64,000 nt of DNA, from contig SVCL01000191.1 of the NCBI GenBank assembly GCA_015058405.1, forward strand, positions 19,424 through 83,423, in the 5' to 3' direction. This document shows positions 20,198 through 30,739 of this stretch, piece by piece. A program made the translations under genes and the position numbers. The DNA comes from Clostridium sp. Its GTDB lineage: Bacteria; Bacillota; Clostridia; Clostridiales; Clostridiaceae. Within the stretch, counting starts at the first letter, position 1. Every line of letters begins with the position of its first letter. A model generated the notes under the pieces. It worked only from the letters and a program-made list of their open reading frames with translations, did no database searches and had not been told where the DNA came from.

Positions 20198-21175
20198 ATG
20201 CAAAATATTTATTATTGGAATTATGTGAATCAATGGAAGATTGATGGCGAATATCTAATCATAGGAAAAGAGAAGTTTAAAGGAAGTGTTACAAAATTAT
20301 TTCCAGAGTTTTATTTTTATGCTCAAGACGGCATAGATGTAGATAATTTACCTGATTTATCGGATAAGGTTAATAAGAAGATAATTAAAATATTTACAAG
20401 AGATTTGATTAAAAAAGGAATATTAAGAAATACTATTAATACTCCTTCTGAAATATTTGAATCACAAAGTAAATATATTAAAAGCATATATGATGATAAA
20501 TATTTCTTTGAAAGTGAAAATGTAGAGAAATTTAAAAAGGAACAAAAGTCAAGATTTATTAATATGCATAATGATAATGATGAAATAGCTTTAGATAATG
20601 AGATAAGTATTCCAGATTTTATTATAAATAGAAAGAGCGTTAGAAATTATGACATAAATAAAAAAATAAGTTTTAATACAATTTCTAATTTATTAGGTGC
20701 ATTAAAAAAGGTAAAAGATGAAGAAAGGTTTTATTATCCAAGTGCTGGGGGACTATATCCTATTAATGTATATATCTATTTTAAAGAAGATAGGGTAGAA
20801 GGAATAAAACAAGGATTATACTTCTATAATCCTGTAGATAATAGTCTTCGTCTAGTAAATAGTAATTGTAGTATAAATGATGAAAGTCAATTCTTTACTA
20901 ATAAAAATATCTTCAAGACATCAGCATTTACCATGTATTTAACATATGATAGTGAAAGTAATTTCCCTAAATATAAAAGTGATGGATATTTTTATGGATT
21001 ATTAGATTGTGGTGCAATGGTATCATTAATGAATTATATTGCATCGTATTTAGGATTAGGTTCATGTTCTATTGGATCTATGAATTTTGATTCAATAAAG
21101 GACTTTTTTAAATTAAAGCAAAACGAAGAATACATTCATTCAATTGAGTTTGGCTATGAAAATAATGAGAATTAA
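20198..21175 (+). CDS. Stand-alone SagB/ThcOx-type FMN-dependent thiazoline oxidase (nitroreductase fold) with N-terminal extension
   Basis: NRKSVRNY, YPSAGGLYPINVY, LLDCGAM and LGLGSCSIG motifs; immediately precedes the NRPS carrying Cy domains. Confidence 0.88.
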   Translation: MQNIYYWNYVNQWKIDGEYLIIGKEKFKGSVTKLFPEFYFYAQDGIDVDNLPDLSDKVNKKIIKIFTRDLIKKGILRNTINTPSEIFESQSKYIKSIYDDKYFFESENVEKFKKEQKSRFINMHNDNDEIALDNEISIPDFIINRKSVRNYDINKKISFNTISNLLGALKKVKDEERFYYPSAGGLYPINVYIYFKEDRVEGIKQGLYFYNPVDNSLRLVNSNCSINDESQFFTNKNIFKTSAFTMYLTYDSESNFPKYKSDGYFYGLLDCGAMVSLMNYIASYLGLGSCSIGSMNFDSIKDFFKLKQNEEYIHSIEFGYENNEN

Positions 21176-21187
21176 GGGGGAATTTAC

Positions 21188-24100
21188 ATGGGAAAAAGGT
21201 ATTTGGGCGAATATCTGTATTTATTAAGAAAAGAGAATAATAAAGGGATAACTATATTACATTCAAATGAAGAAGAGGAATACATAACATATAGTGAATT
21301 CTATAAGTTATGTAATGAGTTTGGAGAAAAATTAAAGGCAGTAGGCATAAGTACAAGTGATAAAGTATTAATTCAAGTTAATAATCAAAAAAAGTTTATT
21401 GTTATAATGTGGGCTTGTATATTGAAGGGAATAGCATTTATACCTGTTAAGGCTATTGAGAGTAATATAGATAGAAACTTGGTTGAAAATATAGTAGGTC
21501 AACTTGATGATATTAAGATAATAGTAGAAGAGGATAATAAAAATAAATACAAACAGTTTTTAGAAGATTCTCTGATTAATTTCGAAGAAATAGATAAAGT
21601 AGAAATAGATAACAATGAAATTGAAAATGATGGAGTTATAAGTGATAATTCAATGGCTTTAATTCAGTTTTCATCAGGATCTACTGGAAATCCTAAAGGA
21701 ATAGTTATAAGTCATAAAAATATTATAGTTGATCTTGTCTCTGTAATTAAATCATATAAACTTCAAGAAGAAGATTCAATTATGACATGGATGCCTTTAA
21801 CTCATTCTTTTGGATTATTAGCAGTTCATATATTAGCTGTAATGAATTGTACAAGCCAATATATAATGCAAACTAATACATTTATAAGTAAACCTAATTT
21901 ATGGTTAAGAAAAACTTCAGAAAATAGAAGTTCTTATCTATTTGCTCCTAACTTTGCAATGCAATATATAGTGGATAATATAGAAGAATTAAAAGAAGAA
22001 AATTTGGATTTAAGTTGTGTAAAATCAATTGTTTCTGCAGCTGAAAATATAAAAGAAGTTACTTGTAATAACTTTATAAATACTTTAAAACAATTTAATT
22101 TAAAAGCTAATGTTATCCGTCCTGCTTATGGATTATCAGAAGGAACGATTTTTATTAGTGTAACTGATTTAGCTAAAGGACATGTTAAGCATATAGTAGA
22201 TAGAAAATGTTTAACTATAGGAAGTAAGTTGAAATTTTTAGATTCTAATAGTAATGAAGCTGTTACCTTTATTGAAGATGGTAAAGTTTTAGACTGTTGT
22301 GAGGTAAGAATTTGTGATGATAAAATGAATGTTTTACCAGAGGGGTATATAGGTAGAGTACAGATAAAAGGTCATATGTTAGCAGAAGGATATATCAATA
22401 ACAATTCTATAGAACCTCTTTATCTTGTAGATAATGAGTGGTTTGATACAGGAGATATTGGATTTTTAAATGATAATGCCTTAACTATAACAGGTAGAAG
22501 TAAAGAAATAATCATAATTAATGGTACAAATTTATATCCTTTTGACTTTGAAAATTTAATAGAAGAGAATACTAACATAAAGCATAATTCCACAGTAGTA
22601 GCAGCCTTGTATAATGAGGAAATAGGTGAGGATGAGATTTTAGTATTTACTGTATACGAAGAGGAATTGGGAGATTTTACGGATTTAGTAAAAGAAATTA
22701 GAAAAGTAGTAAAGAAGAATACTGGATTTAATATAAAAGATGTAATAAAGATAGATTCAGTTCCTAGAAATAATAATGGTAAAGTAAGAAGATTAGAGCT
22801 AGTACAAAATTATGCAGATGGCATTTATAAAAAAGAGAATTTAAGTAATAATAAAACAAATGTAGATAAGGAAAGTTCAGTAAATAAAATTAATTCTATT
22901 TTAATTGATGTAATTAGAAAAGAATTAAAAAATAATAGTATAGATATTACAGATTCAATTTTAGAATATAATATTTCATCTATAAAAATCATTAAGATAT
23001 TAGGAATATTAGCTAATGAGACAAAAGTGAAAATTGAATTTAGTGAATTTATCGATTGTGATACATTCTTAGAATTAGCTAATATTATAAATGAAAAATA
23101 TAGCACTAATGAAGTGGTGGAAGCGGATAAGAAAATAGTAATTGATAAAGAAAATTTATATGAAGAATTTAATTTAACTAATATACAAATGGCTTATTTA
23201 ATGGGAAGAAATAAGCAATTTGAATTAGGAGATACTTCAACACATTACTATGCAGAAATAGAAACAACACTTGATATAGATAAGTTAAATAAGAGCCTAA
23301 ATGATGTTGTTAAAAGACAACCTATGTTAAGAGCAATATTTACTAATAATGCTAAACAAAAAATATTAGAAAGTGTTCCAGAATATAAAATCGAAGTAAT
23401 AGATGCAGTGAATAAAGAAGATATTTTAATGGCTGAAAGAAATAAAATGTCTCATCATATGTTTGATCCATATACTTGGCCATTATTTGATTTTAAAGCT
23501 TTAAAGATATCAGAAGAAAAATATAGATTACTATTTGGTATAGATTTATTAGTATCAGATGGTGCAAGTATTCAAATGTTATTTAAAGAAATAGCTGATG
23601 TTTATTATGGTAAAGATAAGGAAGAATTAGATATTACATTTAGAGATTATATATGTTCTAAGGAAGGATTATGTGAAACTGAAGCTTATAAAGTTGATAA
23701 AGAGTTTTGGAATAATAAAATTCCTGATATTCCACAGGCACCACAGTTACCTTTAAAGGTGAGATTAGCTGATATTAAGAAACCTCACTTTTTAAGAAAG
23801 GAAGCTATTATAGAATATGAGGACTGGAATAAGTTAAATGATTTATGTAAGAAACATAATACAAGATTAACATTTATGTTACTTACAGCATATTCATTAG
23901 TGCTTTCTAGATGGAGTAATCAAAAGGATATATCTCTAAATACAACAATATTCAATAGGGAATTAGCAAATGAAAGTATCCATAAGATAATAGGAGATTT
24001 TACATCAGCGTTAATTTTAGATGTTGATACTAAAGATAGAAATGATTTCTGGAAGTTAGCTAAAGAAGTTCAAGATAATTTTATGAATTTATATAGTCAT

Positions 24101-27100
24101 AAAAATTATGATGGAGTTAATGTAATTAGAGATTATAGTACTTACAATAATTTAGATAACAAGTCAGCAATAATGCCAATTGTATTTACTAGTATGTTAT
24201 TTGATGAAGAGGATAGTAACTTCGGAAATATAGGAGAAATGGTATACGGTATAACACAAACTTCTCAAGTATATTTAGATCATCAAGTAATGAATTTAGA
24301 AAAAGGAATATTATTAAATTGGGATTATGTTAGCGAAGCATTTGAAGAAGATACTATTAATTCAATGTTTAAAGAATATGTTGACTTAATTATGAACTTA
24401 TCAAATGATATTAATATAAATGAAGCAACTTATGAAGTAGAAAAAATGTTTGATAAGTATAATGATACATCAGAAGAATTTTCTACAGAAACATTACAAG
24501 AAATGTTTAGAAAGCAAGTTCTATTGAATCCAGAAAATATTGCGTTAAAGTATAAAGAAAAAGAAGTTTCTTATAAAGAACTTGATATTGCATCCAATAA
24601 AGTAGCAAATTATTTATCTAAAGAAAATGTACAAAAAGGAGATTTAGTAGGGGTACTAGCAGAGAGAAGTATAGAAAGTATCATTAGCATATTAGGTATC
24701 TTAAAAGCTGGTGCTGGATATATTCCTATAAATCCTGATTTTCCAGATGAGAGACAAAAGTATATATTAGATAATGCTAATTCTAACATTTTACTTAATT
24801 CAGAATTATGCAAGAATATAATAAAGAATTATGAAGAAAAGACAGATAATATATATGATAATGTAGATGATATTGCATATATAATTTACACATCTGGTAG
24901 TACTGGAAAACCAAAAGGTGTTGTTATAAAACATAAAGCAGTGTGCAACACAATTAAAGATATAAACAATAGATTCCATGTGGATAAAGATGATGTGTTT
25001 ATTGGATTAGCATCATTAAGTTTTGACTTATCAGTTTATGATATTTTTGGAAGCTTAACTACAGGTGGTAAGCTAATAATCATTGATGATCAAAGAAATG
25101 TTGAAGATGTAAGTAATATAGTAAAAAATGAAAAAGTAACAATATGGAATTCGGTTCCAGCTGTTATGGAAATGTTAATAGATTACAGAGAATCTCATGA
25201 AGAACAAGTTATAGATTACGATGATTTAGATGAATTAAGATTAGTTCTATTAAGTGGTGATTGGATTCCAGTTTCATTACCAGAAAGAATAAAAGACGAG
25301 TTTATGGATTGCCAAGTAATAAGTTTAGGTGGAGCAACTGAAGCATCAATATGGTCAATATATTATCCTATAGAAGAAGTAGATGAAAATCTTACAAGTA
25401 TACCATATGGATATCCTCTAGCCAATCAAACATATTATGTTTTAAATTATAATATGGAACTTTGTCCTGTAGGTGTAAAAGGTGAGTTATATATTGGAGG
25501 AGTTGGACTTGCAGAATGTTACTTAAATGATGATGAAAAAACTAATAATTCTTTCATTATACATCCTAAATATGGAAGAATCTATAAAACTGGAGATATG
25601 GGTAGATTTACTAATAATGGTTATATAGAATTCATGGGTAGAAATGATTCACAAGTTAAGGTTAGAGGATACAGAATAGAACTTGGAGAAATTGAAGCAG
25701 CAATATTAGAAAATACTAGTATAAAAAATGCAGTTATATTAAATGGAAAAGATAAAAATGGTATAAGTACATTGTTTGCATTCTTTACTTCAGAATCAGC
25801 TGTTGATATCCAAAGTTTAAGAAATACTTTAAAAGAATCATTACCTAAATATATGGTCCCAACATACTTAAAACAAGTTGATGAGATTCCATTAACTAAT
25901 AATGGAAAGATTGATAGAAAAACATTATTATCAATGGATTTAGAAGAGTCTGGATATAAGAAAGTTATAATACAACCTAAGAATGTTGTAGAAGCAAGAT
26001 TAGTAGAATTATGGAAAGAACTATTAGGTATTAAAGAAGTAAGTACAGATGATAATTTCTTTGAATTAGGTGGTAATTCAATTTTAGTAATTAAATTAGT
26101 AAGTTTAATAGAAAAAGAATTTAATATTAAAATTGACTTCAAGAATTTCATTGAAAATAGCAAAATCAAACAAATGGCTAAAATAATTGATAATTCTGAA
26201 AAGAAAAGTGATGATGATATAACATTTAAGGAAATTATTTTAGATGTTGAAAATCAATATGAGGAATTTGATTTAACTAATATACAAATTGCTTATTTAA
26301 TAGGTAGAGATAAACAATTTGAATTAGGTGGTACTTCAACACATGCCTATATGGAAATAGAAACAACATTAGAGATAGAAAAATTAAATGATGCTTTAAG
26401 AAAAGTAATACAAAGACATCCAATGTTAAGAGCTATTATTTTACCAAATGGTAAACAAAAAGTATTAGAAAATGTTCCTGATTATAATATTGAAGTAATA
26501 GATTTAACAAATAAGACTGTAGAAGAAAAAGAAGATTGTAACTTAAAGTTAAGGCATGAAATGTCACATCATATTTTTGATACTGATGTTTGGCCACTAT
26601 TTAATTTTAAAGCATTAAAAATGGATGTTAGTACTTATAAGATATTATTTGAAATTGACTTATTAATTGCAGATGGTGCAAGTATTCAAATGATATTTAA
26701 AGAAATGAAAGAATTCTATGATGGTAAGGAAAAGAAAGAATTAGGAATAACATTTAAAGATTATATGTGTAATTACAAATCTGTGTTAGAAAGTAAGAAG
26801 TATAAGGAAGATAAAGAATACTGGCAAAATAAACTTCCAGAAATACCTAAGGCAGCTCAATTACCATTAAAGAAGAAGGTTTCAGAAGTTGATGAACCTA
26901 ACTTTGGAAGAAAGCTTAGAATAATAGAAAATTCTACATGGGCTAATATTTGTGAAAAGGCAGCACAAAATAGCATAACACCAGCAATGATATTATTTAC
27001 AGCATATGCAAAAGTATTATCTAGATGGAGTAATCAAGATAAATTATCTATAAATACTACAGTATTTAATAGATTACCTATTCATGAGGATGTTAATGAT

Positions 27101-30100
27101 GTTATAGGAGACTTTACTTCATTAATGTTATTAGGTGTAGATACAAGCGTAGAAGATGATTTTTGGCTATTATGTAAGTCAATTCAAAGAGAGTTTATGG
27201 AAGCATTAGATCATAGAGATTATGATGGAATAAATGTAATTAGAGATTATTGTTCATATAATGAATTAGACAAAAATTCAGTAGCAATGCCTATAGTTTT
27301 CACAAGTATGCTATTTGGAAAAACTTTAGATTTATCTAATTCTATTTCTTCAATAGGTGATACATTAATGTCTGTAACTCAAACTTCTCAAGTATATTTA
27401 GATTATCAAATAATGGAAGTTAAAGATGGAATTCAATTAAGTTGGGATTATATAAAAGAGTTATTTGATGAAGATGTAATAACTAATATGTTTAATTATT
27501 ATATAGATTTAATATTAAGCTTAGTTGGAGATAAACCAGGAATTGTAGAAGATGCATATTTAGATAAATTTATAGAAGATTATAATAATACAGATGAAGA
27601 TGTAAAGGTAGAAACACTACAAAAATTATTTATGAATAAGGCTAAAGAGTATCCTAATAATATAGCAGTAAAATTGGGAGATAATAGCTTTACTTATAAG
27701 GAATTAGATGAAAGATCTAATAAGATAGCAAATTATTTAATGGAAAATCAAGTTGGTAGAAATGATTATATAGGAATATACGCAAAAAGAGATATAAACA
27801 CAATTGCTAATATTTTAGGAGTTCTAAAAACAGGGGCTGCATATGTGCCTATAGAACCAGAATATCCAGATGAAAGAAGAGAATATATTTTATCCAATAG
27901 TAATTGTAAGTTTATGTTAGTACCTGATTTTTATGATGATAATGATATTGATGAGTATTCACAAGAATTTTTAGGCGTAGATGATAATAAGGAAGATGTT
28001 GCTTATATTATTTATACATCAGGTAGTACAGGAAAACCAAAAGGTGTTGTAATTAAACATGAATCAGCAGCTAATACAATAATAGATATGAATAATAAGT
28101 ATAATGTTACTTCAGAGGATAGAGTTATAGCATTATCATCAATGGGATTTGACTTATCTATTTATGATATATTTGGTTCATTATCTTCAGGAGCAACTTT
28201 GGTTATGATAAAAGATCATAGAGATATTATTAATTTGATTGATATTGTAACTAAAGAGAAAATAACTATATGGAATTCAGTTCCAGCTATAATTAATATG
28301 TTTATTGATAATGTAGATTCCGGATATATTAATGAAGATTTAAAACATATATTATTAAGTGGAGATTGGATAGGCTTAAAGCTACCAAATAGAATAAAAG
28401 AATGTTTTGTAAATGCTGATGTTACAAGCTTAGGAGGAGCAACAGAAGGATCTATATGGTCTATCTATTATCCAATAAATGAAATGAAGAGTAAGTGGAA
28501 GAGTATACCATATGGAATGCCTTTAGCTAATCAAAAAATATATATATTAGATTATCAAATGAAACACTGCCCTATAGATGTTGAAGGAGAAATATTTATA
28601 GGTGGTATTGGTGTAGCAAATGGTTATATAAATGAAGAAGAAAAAACTAAGGCAGCCTTTATAAATCACCCAACATTAGGATATATTTATAAAACAGGTG
28701 ATTATGGAGTATTAAGAAAAGAAGGTTACGTAGAATTTATAGGAAGAAAAGATTATCAAATAAAAATAAGAGGATATAGAATAGAACTTGGAGAAATCGA
28801 AAAGAGAATACTTGAATATAAAAATATAAAAACAACAGTTGTAGTTGATAAAGTTGATTCAAGAAATAATAAGTATTTATGTGCATATATAGTTTCTGAT
28901 AATCAGATAAATATTAGCGAAATAAGCGATTACTTAATTGAGGTTTTACCAGAATATATGGTTCCAAGGATAGTAATGCAAATTGATGAAATACCATTAA
29001 CTCAAAATGGAAAAGTTAATTTAAAGGCATTACCTGAACCAGAAATGTTAGAGGAAGTTGCAAGTGATAATTATATTGAGGCTTCAGGAGAAATTGAAGA
29101 AAAGTTACTAGAAACATGGAAAGAAGTATTTGATTCTGAAAATATTGGTGTTGCAGATAGATTCTTTACTTTAGGTGGAGATTCAATAAAAGCAATTCAA
29201 ATATGTGCAAAGGTAAAGAAATATGGATTTAAGTTAAATGTACATGATATTTTATTAAATCAATCAATTAATAAGATAAAGAATTGTATAACATTAACTG
29301 AATTGAAATGTGATCAAGGAGTAGTAACAGGTAAGAGTAAGCTTACTCCAGTACAAAAGTGGTTCTTTGAACATGAATTTAAAAATATGAATCAATGGAA
29401 TCAAGGTTATATGCTATTTAGAAAAGAAGGATTTGATGTAGCAATATTAGAAAAGACTTTAGATAAGTTAGTAGAACATCATGATGCATTAAGATCTAAT
29501 TTTAGAATGAATGAAAATGTATTAGTGGAATACTTTGAAGATGTAGATAATAAATCATATAACTTATCTGTACTAGATTTAAGAACTGATGATAACTTCA
29601 AAGATACTATTAATACTGAAGTTGAAGCTGTACAAAAATCCTTAGATATAGAAAATGGTCCAATGGTTGGTGCAAAGATATTTAGTACTATAGAAGGGGA
29701 TTACTTATTTATGACAATTCATCATTTGGTTGTTGATGGTATATCATGGAGAATAATTCTTGAAGATTTAAATAGTATTTATATGCAATTATTAGAAGGA
29801 GAAGAAGTTATCTTACCAGAAAAGAGTAGCTCATTTAAGCAATGGAGTGAAGCATTATACAGTTATGCTGAAAGCAATAAGATATTAGAGATGGCAGAAT
29901 ATTGGTCAAGATTTAATTCTGAAACAGAATTTGTATTACCAAAGGATAATAATTTTGATACTAATATGATGAAGGATAGTTCAACTGAAATAATGAGTAT
30001 TTCTAAGGAAGATACAGATAGATTATTACAAGGTACTAGTAAGAATATTGATGCCGATATAAATGAAATTCTGTTAACAGCGTTGGCTATAAGCATCAAA

Positions 30101-30724
30101 AATTGTTATGACAAATCTAGATTTATAATTAATATTGAAGGTCATGGAAGAGAAAATATAGTGAATAATATTGATATATCTAGAACTGTTGGATGGTTTA
30201 CATCTATTTCACCTTTACTTTTAGATATAACTAATAGTACTAATATTGAAGAATCAATAGAAGAAGTAAAGAAAGAAGTAAGAGCAATACCAAATAAAGG
30301 TGTGGATTATGGAATATTAAGATATATTGCATCAGATGAAATTAGAAATAATATAAATTTAAATATTAATCCTGAAGTTACATTCAATTATTTAGGTCAA
30401 ATGGGACAACAAAGAGAAGATGATGCGTTTAAGGTATTACCAGATTATATTGAAAATTGTATGAATGAAGAATCAGAGAGAGCTTCTTTCTTAGATGTAT
30501 TTGGTGTTACAGTAGATGGTAGTCTTACATTTAGATTTATATACAATTCTAAAGCATGTAATAAAGAGACTATGGAATTATTAAGTGAAAACTTCAAGAA
30601 AGCAATATTTGATATTATAGATTATTGCGAATCTCAAGAAAGTAGTAATAATTCAGTAGATTTATTAGAAAATGATATATCAGAAGATGAATTCGATGAT
30701 ATACTTGACATATTAAATGAGTAA
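21188..30724 (+). CDS. NRPS 1: FAAL-ACP-Cy-A(Cys)-PCP-Cy-A(Cys)-PCP-E
   Basis: FAAL motifs QFSSGSTGNPKG, WMPLTHSFGL, YGLSEGT and ITGRSKEIIIING. Cy signatures DLLVSDGAS and DLLIADGAS. Both A domains give by-eye code DLYNLSLIWK (Cys). PCPs GGNS and GGDSI. E domain HHLVVDGISW and EGHGRE. Confidence 0.93.
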   Translation: MGKRYLGEYLYLLRKENNKGITILHSNEEEEYITYSEFYKLCNEFGEKLKAVGISTSDKVLIQVNNQKKFIVIMWACILKGIAFIPVKAIESNIDRNLVENIVGQLDDIKIIVEEDNKNKYKQFLEDSLINFEEIDKVEIDNNEIENDGVISDNSMALIQFSSGSTGNPKGIVISHKNIIVDLVSVIKSYKLQEEDSIMTWMPLTHSFGLLAVHILAVMNCTSQYIMQTNTFISKPNLWLRKTSENRSSYLFAPNFAMQYIVDNIEELKEENLDLSCVKSIVSAAENIKEVTCNNFINTLKQFNLKANVIRPAYGLSEGTIFISVTDLAKGHVKHIVDRKCLTIGSKLKFLDSNSNEAVTFIEDGKVLDCCEVRICDDKMNVLPEGYIGRVQIKGHMLAEGYINNNSIEPLYLVDNEWFDTGDIGFLNDNALTITGRSKEIIIINGTNLYPFDFENLIEENTNIKHNSTVVAALYNEEIGEDEILVFTVYEEELGDFTDLVKEIRKVVKKNTGFNIKDVIKIDSVPRNNNGKVRRLELVQNYADGIYKKENLSNNKTNVDKESSVNKINSILIDVIRKELKNNSIDITDSILEYNISSIKIIKILGILANETKVKIEFSEFIDCDTFLELANIINEKYSTNEVVEADKKIVIDKENLYEEFNLTNIQMAYLMGRNKQFELGDTSTHYYAEIETTLDIDKLNKSLNDVVKRQPMLRAIFTNNAKQKILESVPEYKIEVIDAVNKEDILMAERNKMSHHMFDPYTWPLFDFKALKISEEKYRLLFGIDLLVSDGASIQMLFKEIADVYYGKDKEELDITFRDYICSKEGLCETEAYKVDKEFWNNKIPDIPQAPQLPLKVRLADIKKPHFLRKEAIIEYEDWNKLNDLCKKHNTRLTFMLLTAYSLVLSRWSNQKDISLNTTIFNRELANESIHKIIGDFTSALILDVDTKDRNDFWKLAKEVQDNFMNLYSHKNYDGVNVIRDYSTYNNLDNKSAIMPIVFTSMLFDEEDSNFGNIGEMVYGITQTSQVYLDHQVMNLEKGILLNWDYVSEAFEEDTINSMFKEYVDLIMNLSNDININEATYEVEKMFDKYNDTSEEFSTETLQEMFRKQVLLNPENIALKYKEKEVSYKELDIASNKVANYLSKENVQKGDLVGVLAERSIESIISILGILKAGAGYIPINPDFPDERQKYILDNANSNILLNSELCKNIIKNYEEKTDNIYDNVDDIAYIIYTSGSTGKPKGVVIKHKAVCNTIKDINNRFHVDKDDVFIGLASLSFDLSVYDIFGSLTTGGKLIIIDDQRNVEDVSNIVKNEKVTIWNSVPAVMEMLIDYRESHEEQVIDYDDLDELRLVLLSGDWIPVSLPERIKDEFMDCQVISLGGATEASIWSIYYPIEEVDENLTSIPYGYPLANQTYYVLNYNMELCPVGVKGELYIGGVGLAECYLNDDEKTNNSFIIHPKYGRIYKTGDMGRFTNNGYIEFMGRNDSQVKVRGYRIELGEIEAAILENTSIKNAVILNGKDKNGISTLFAFFTSESAVDIQSLRNTLKESLPKYMVPTYLKQVDEIPLTNNGKIDRKTLLSMDLEESGYKKVIIQPKNVVEARLVELWKELLGIKEVSTDDNFFELGGNSILVIKLVSLIEKEFNIKIDFKNFIENSKIKQMAKIIDNSEKKSDDDITFKEIILDVENQYEEFDLTNIQIAYLIGRDKQFELGGTSTHAYMEIETTLEIEKLNDALRKVIQRHPMLRAIILPNGKQKVLENVPDYNIEVIDLTNKTVEEKEDCNLKLRHEMSHHIFDTDVWPLFNFKALKMDVSTYKILFEIDLLIADGASIQMIFKEMKEFYDGKEKKELGITFKDYMCNYKSVLESKKYKEDKEYWQNKLPEIPKAAQLPLKKKVSEVDEPNFGRKLRIIENSTWANICEKAAQNSITPAMILFTAYAKVLSRWSNQDKLSINTTVFNRLPIHEDVNDVIGDFTSLMLLGVDTSVEDDFWLLCKSIQREFMEALDHRDYDGINVIRDYCSYNELDKNSVAMPIVFTSMLFGKTLDLSNSISSIGDTLMSVTQTSQVYLDYQIMEVKDGIQLSWDYIKELFDEDVITNMFNYYIDLILSLVGDKPGIVEDAYLDKFIEDYNNTDEDVKVETLQKLFMNKAKEYPNNIAVKLGDNSFTYKELDERSNKIANYLMENQVGRNDYIGIYAKRDINTIANILGVLKTGAAYVPIEPEYPDERREYILSNSNCKFMLVPDFYDDNDIDEYSQEFLGVDDNKEDVAYIIYTSGSTGKPKGVVIKHESAANTIIDMNNKYNVTSEDRVIALSSMGFDLSIYDIFGSLSSGATLVMIKDHRDIINLIDIVTKEKITIWNSVPAIINMFIDNVDSGYINEDLKHILLSGDWIGLKLPNRIKECFVNADVTSLGGATEGSIWSIYYPINEMKSKWKSIPYGMPLANQKIYILDYQMKHCPIDVEGEIFIGGIGVANGYINEEEKTKAAFINHPTLGYIYKTGDYGVLRKEGYVEFIGRKDYQIKIRGYRIELGEIEKRILEYKNIKTTVVVDKVDSRNNKYLCAYIVSDNQINISEISDYLIEVLPEYMVPRIVMQIDEIPLTQNGKVNLKALPEPEMLEEVASDNYIEASGEIEEKLLETWKEVFDSENIGVADRFFTLGGDSIKAIQICAKVKKYGFKLNVHDILLNQSINKIKNCITLTELKCDQGVVTGKSKLTPVQKWFFEHEFKNMNQWNQGYMLFRKEGFDVAILEKTLDKLVEHHDALRSNFRMNENVLVEYFEDVDNKSYNLSVLDLRTDDNFKDTINTEVEAVQKSLDIENGPMVGAKIFSTIEGDYLFMTIHHLVVDGISWRIILEDLNSIYMQLLEGEEVILPEKSSSFKQWSEALYSYAESNKILEMAEYWSRFNSETEFVLPKDNNFDTNMMKDSSTEIMSISKEDTDRLLQGTSKNIDADINEILLTALAISIKNCYDKSRFIINIEGHGRENIVNNIDISRTVGWFTSISPLLLDITNSTNIEESIEEVKKEVRAIPNKGVDYGILRYIASDEIRNNINLNINPEVTFNYLGQMGQQREDDAFKVLPDYIENCMNEESERASFLDVFGVTVDGSLTFRFIYNSKACNKETMELLSENFKKAIFDIIDYCESQESSNNSVDLLENDISEDEFDDILDILNE

Positions 30725-30739
30725 GGAGAGATTTAATAT

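Noticed and set aside
20198-21175. SagB-like protein as a sign of a TOMM/RiPP (clostridiolysin-like) cluster
   Set aside because: No YcaO, E1-like cyclodehydratase or Cys/Ser-rich precursor is visible. The adjacent NRPS Cy domains explain the oxidase.
21188-30724. Yersiniabactin/pyochelin-type siderophore interpretation
   Set aside because: No salicylate or DHB genes, no thiazoline reductase and no uptake lipoprotein in the window. D-amino-acid modules and the R domain point elsewhere. Metal binding is not excluded.
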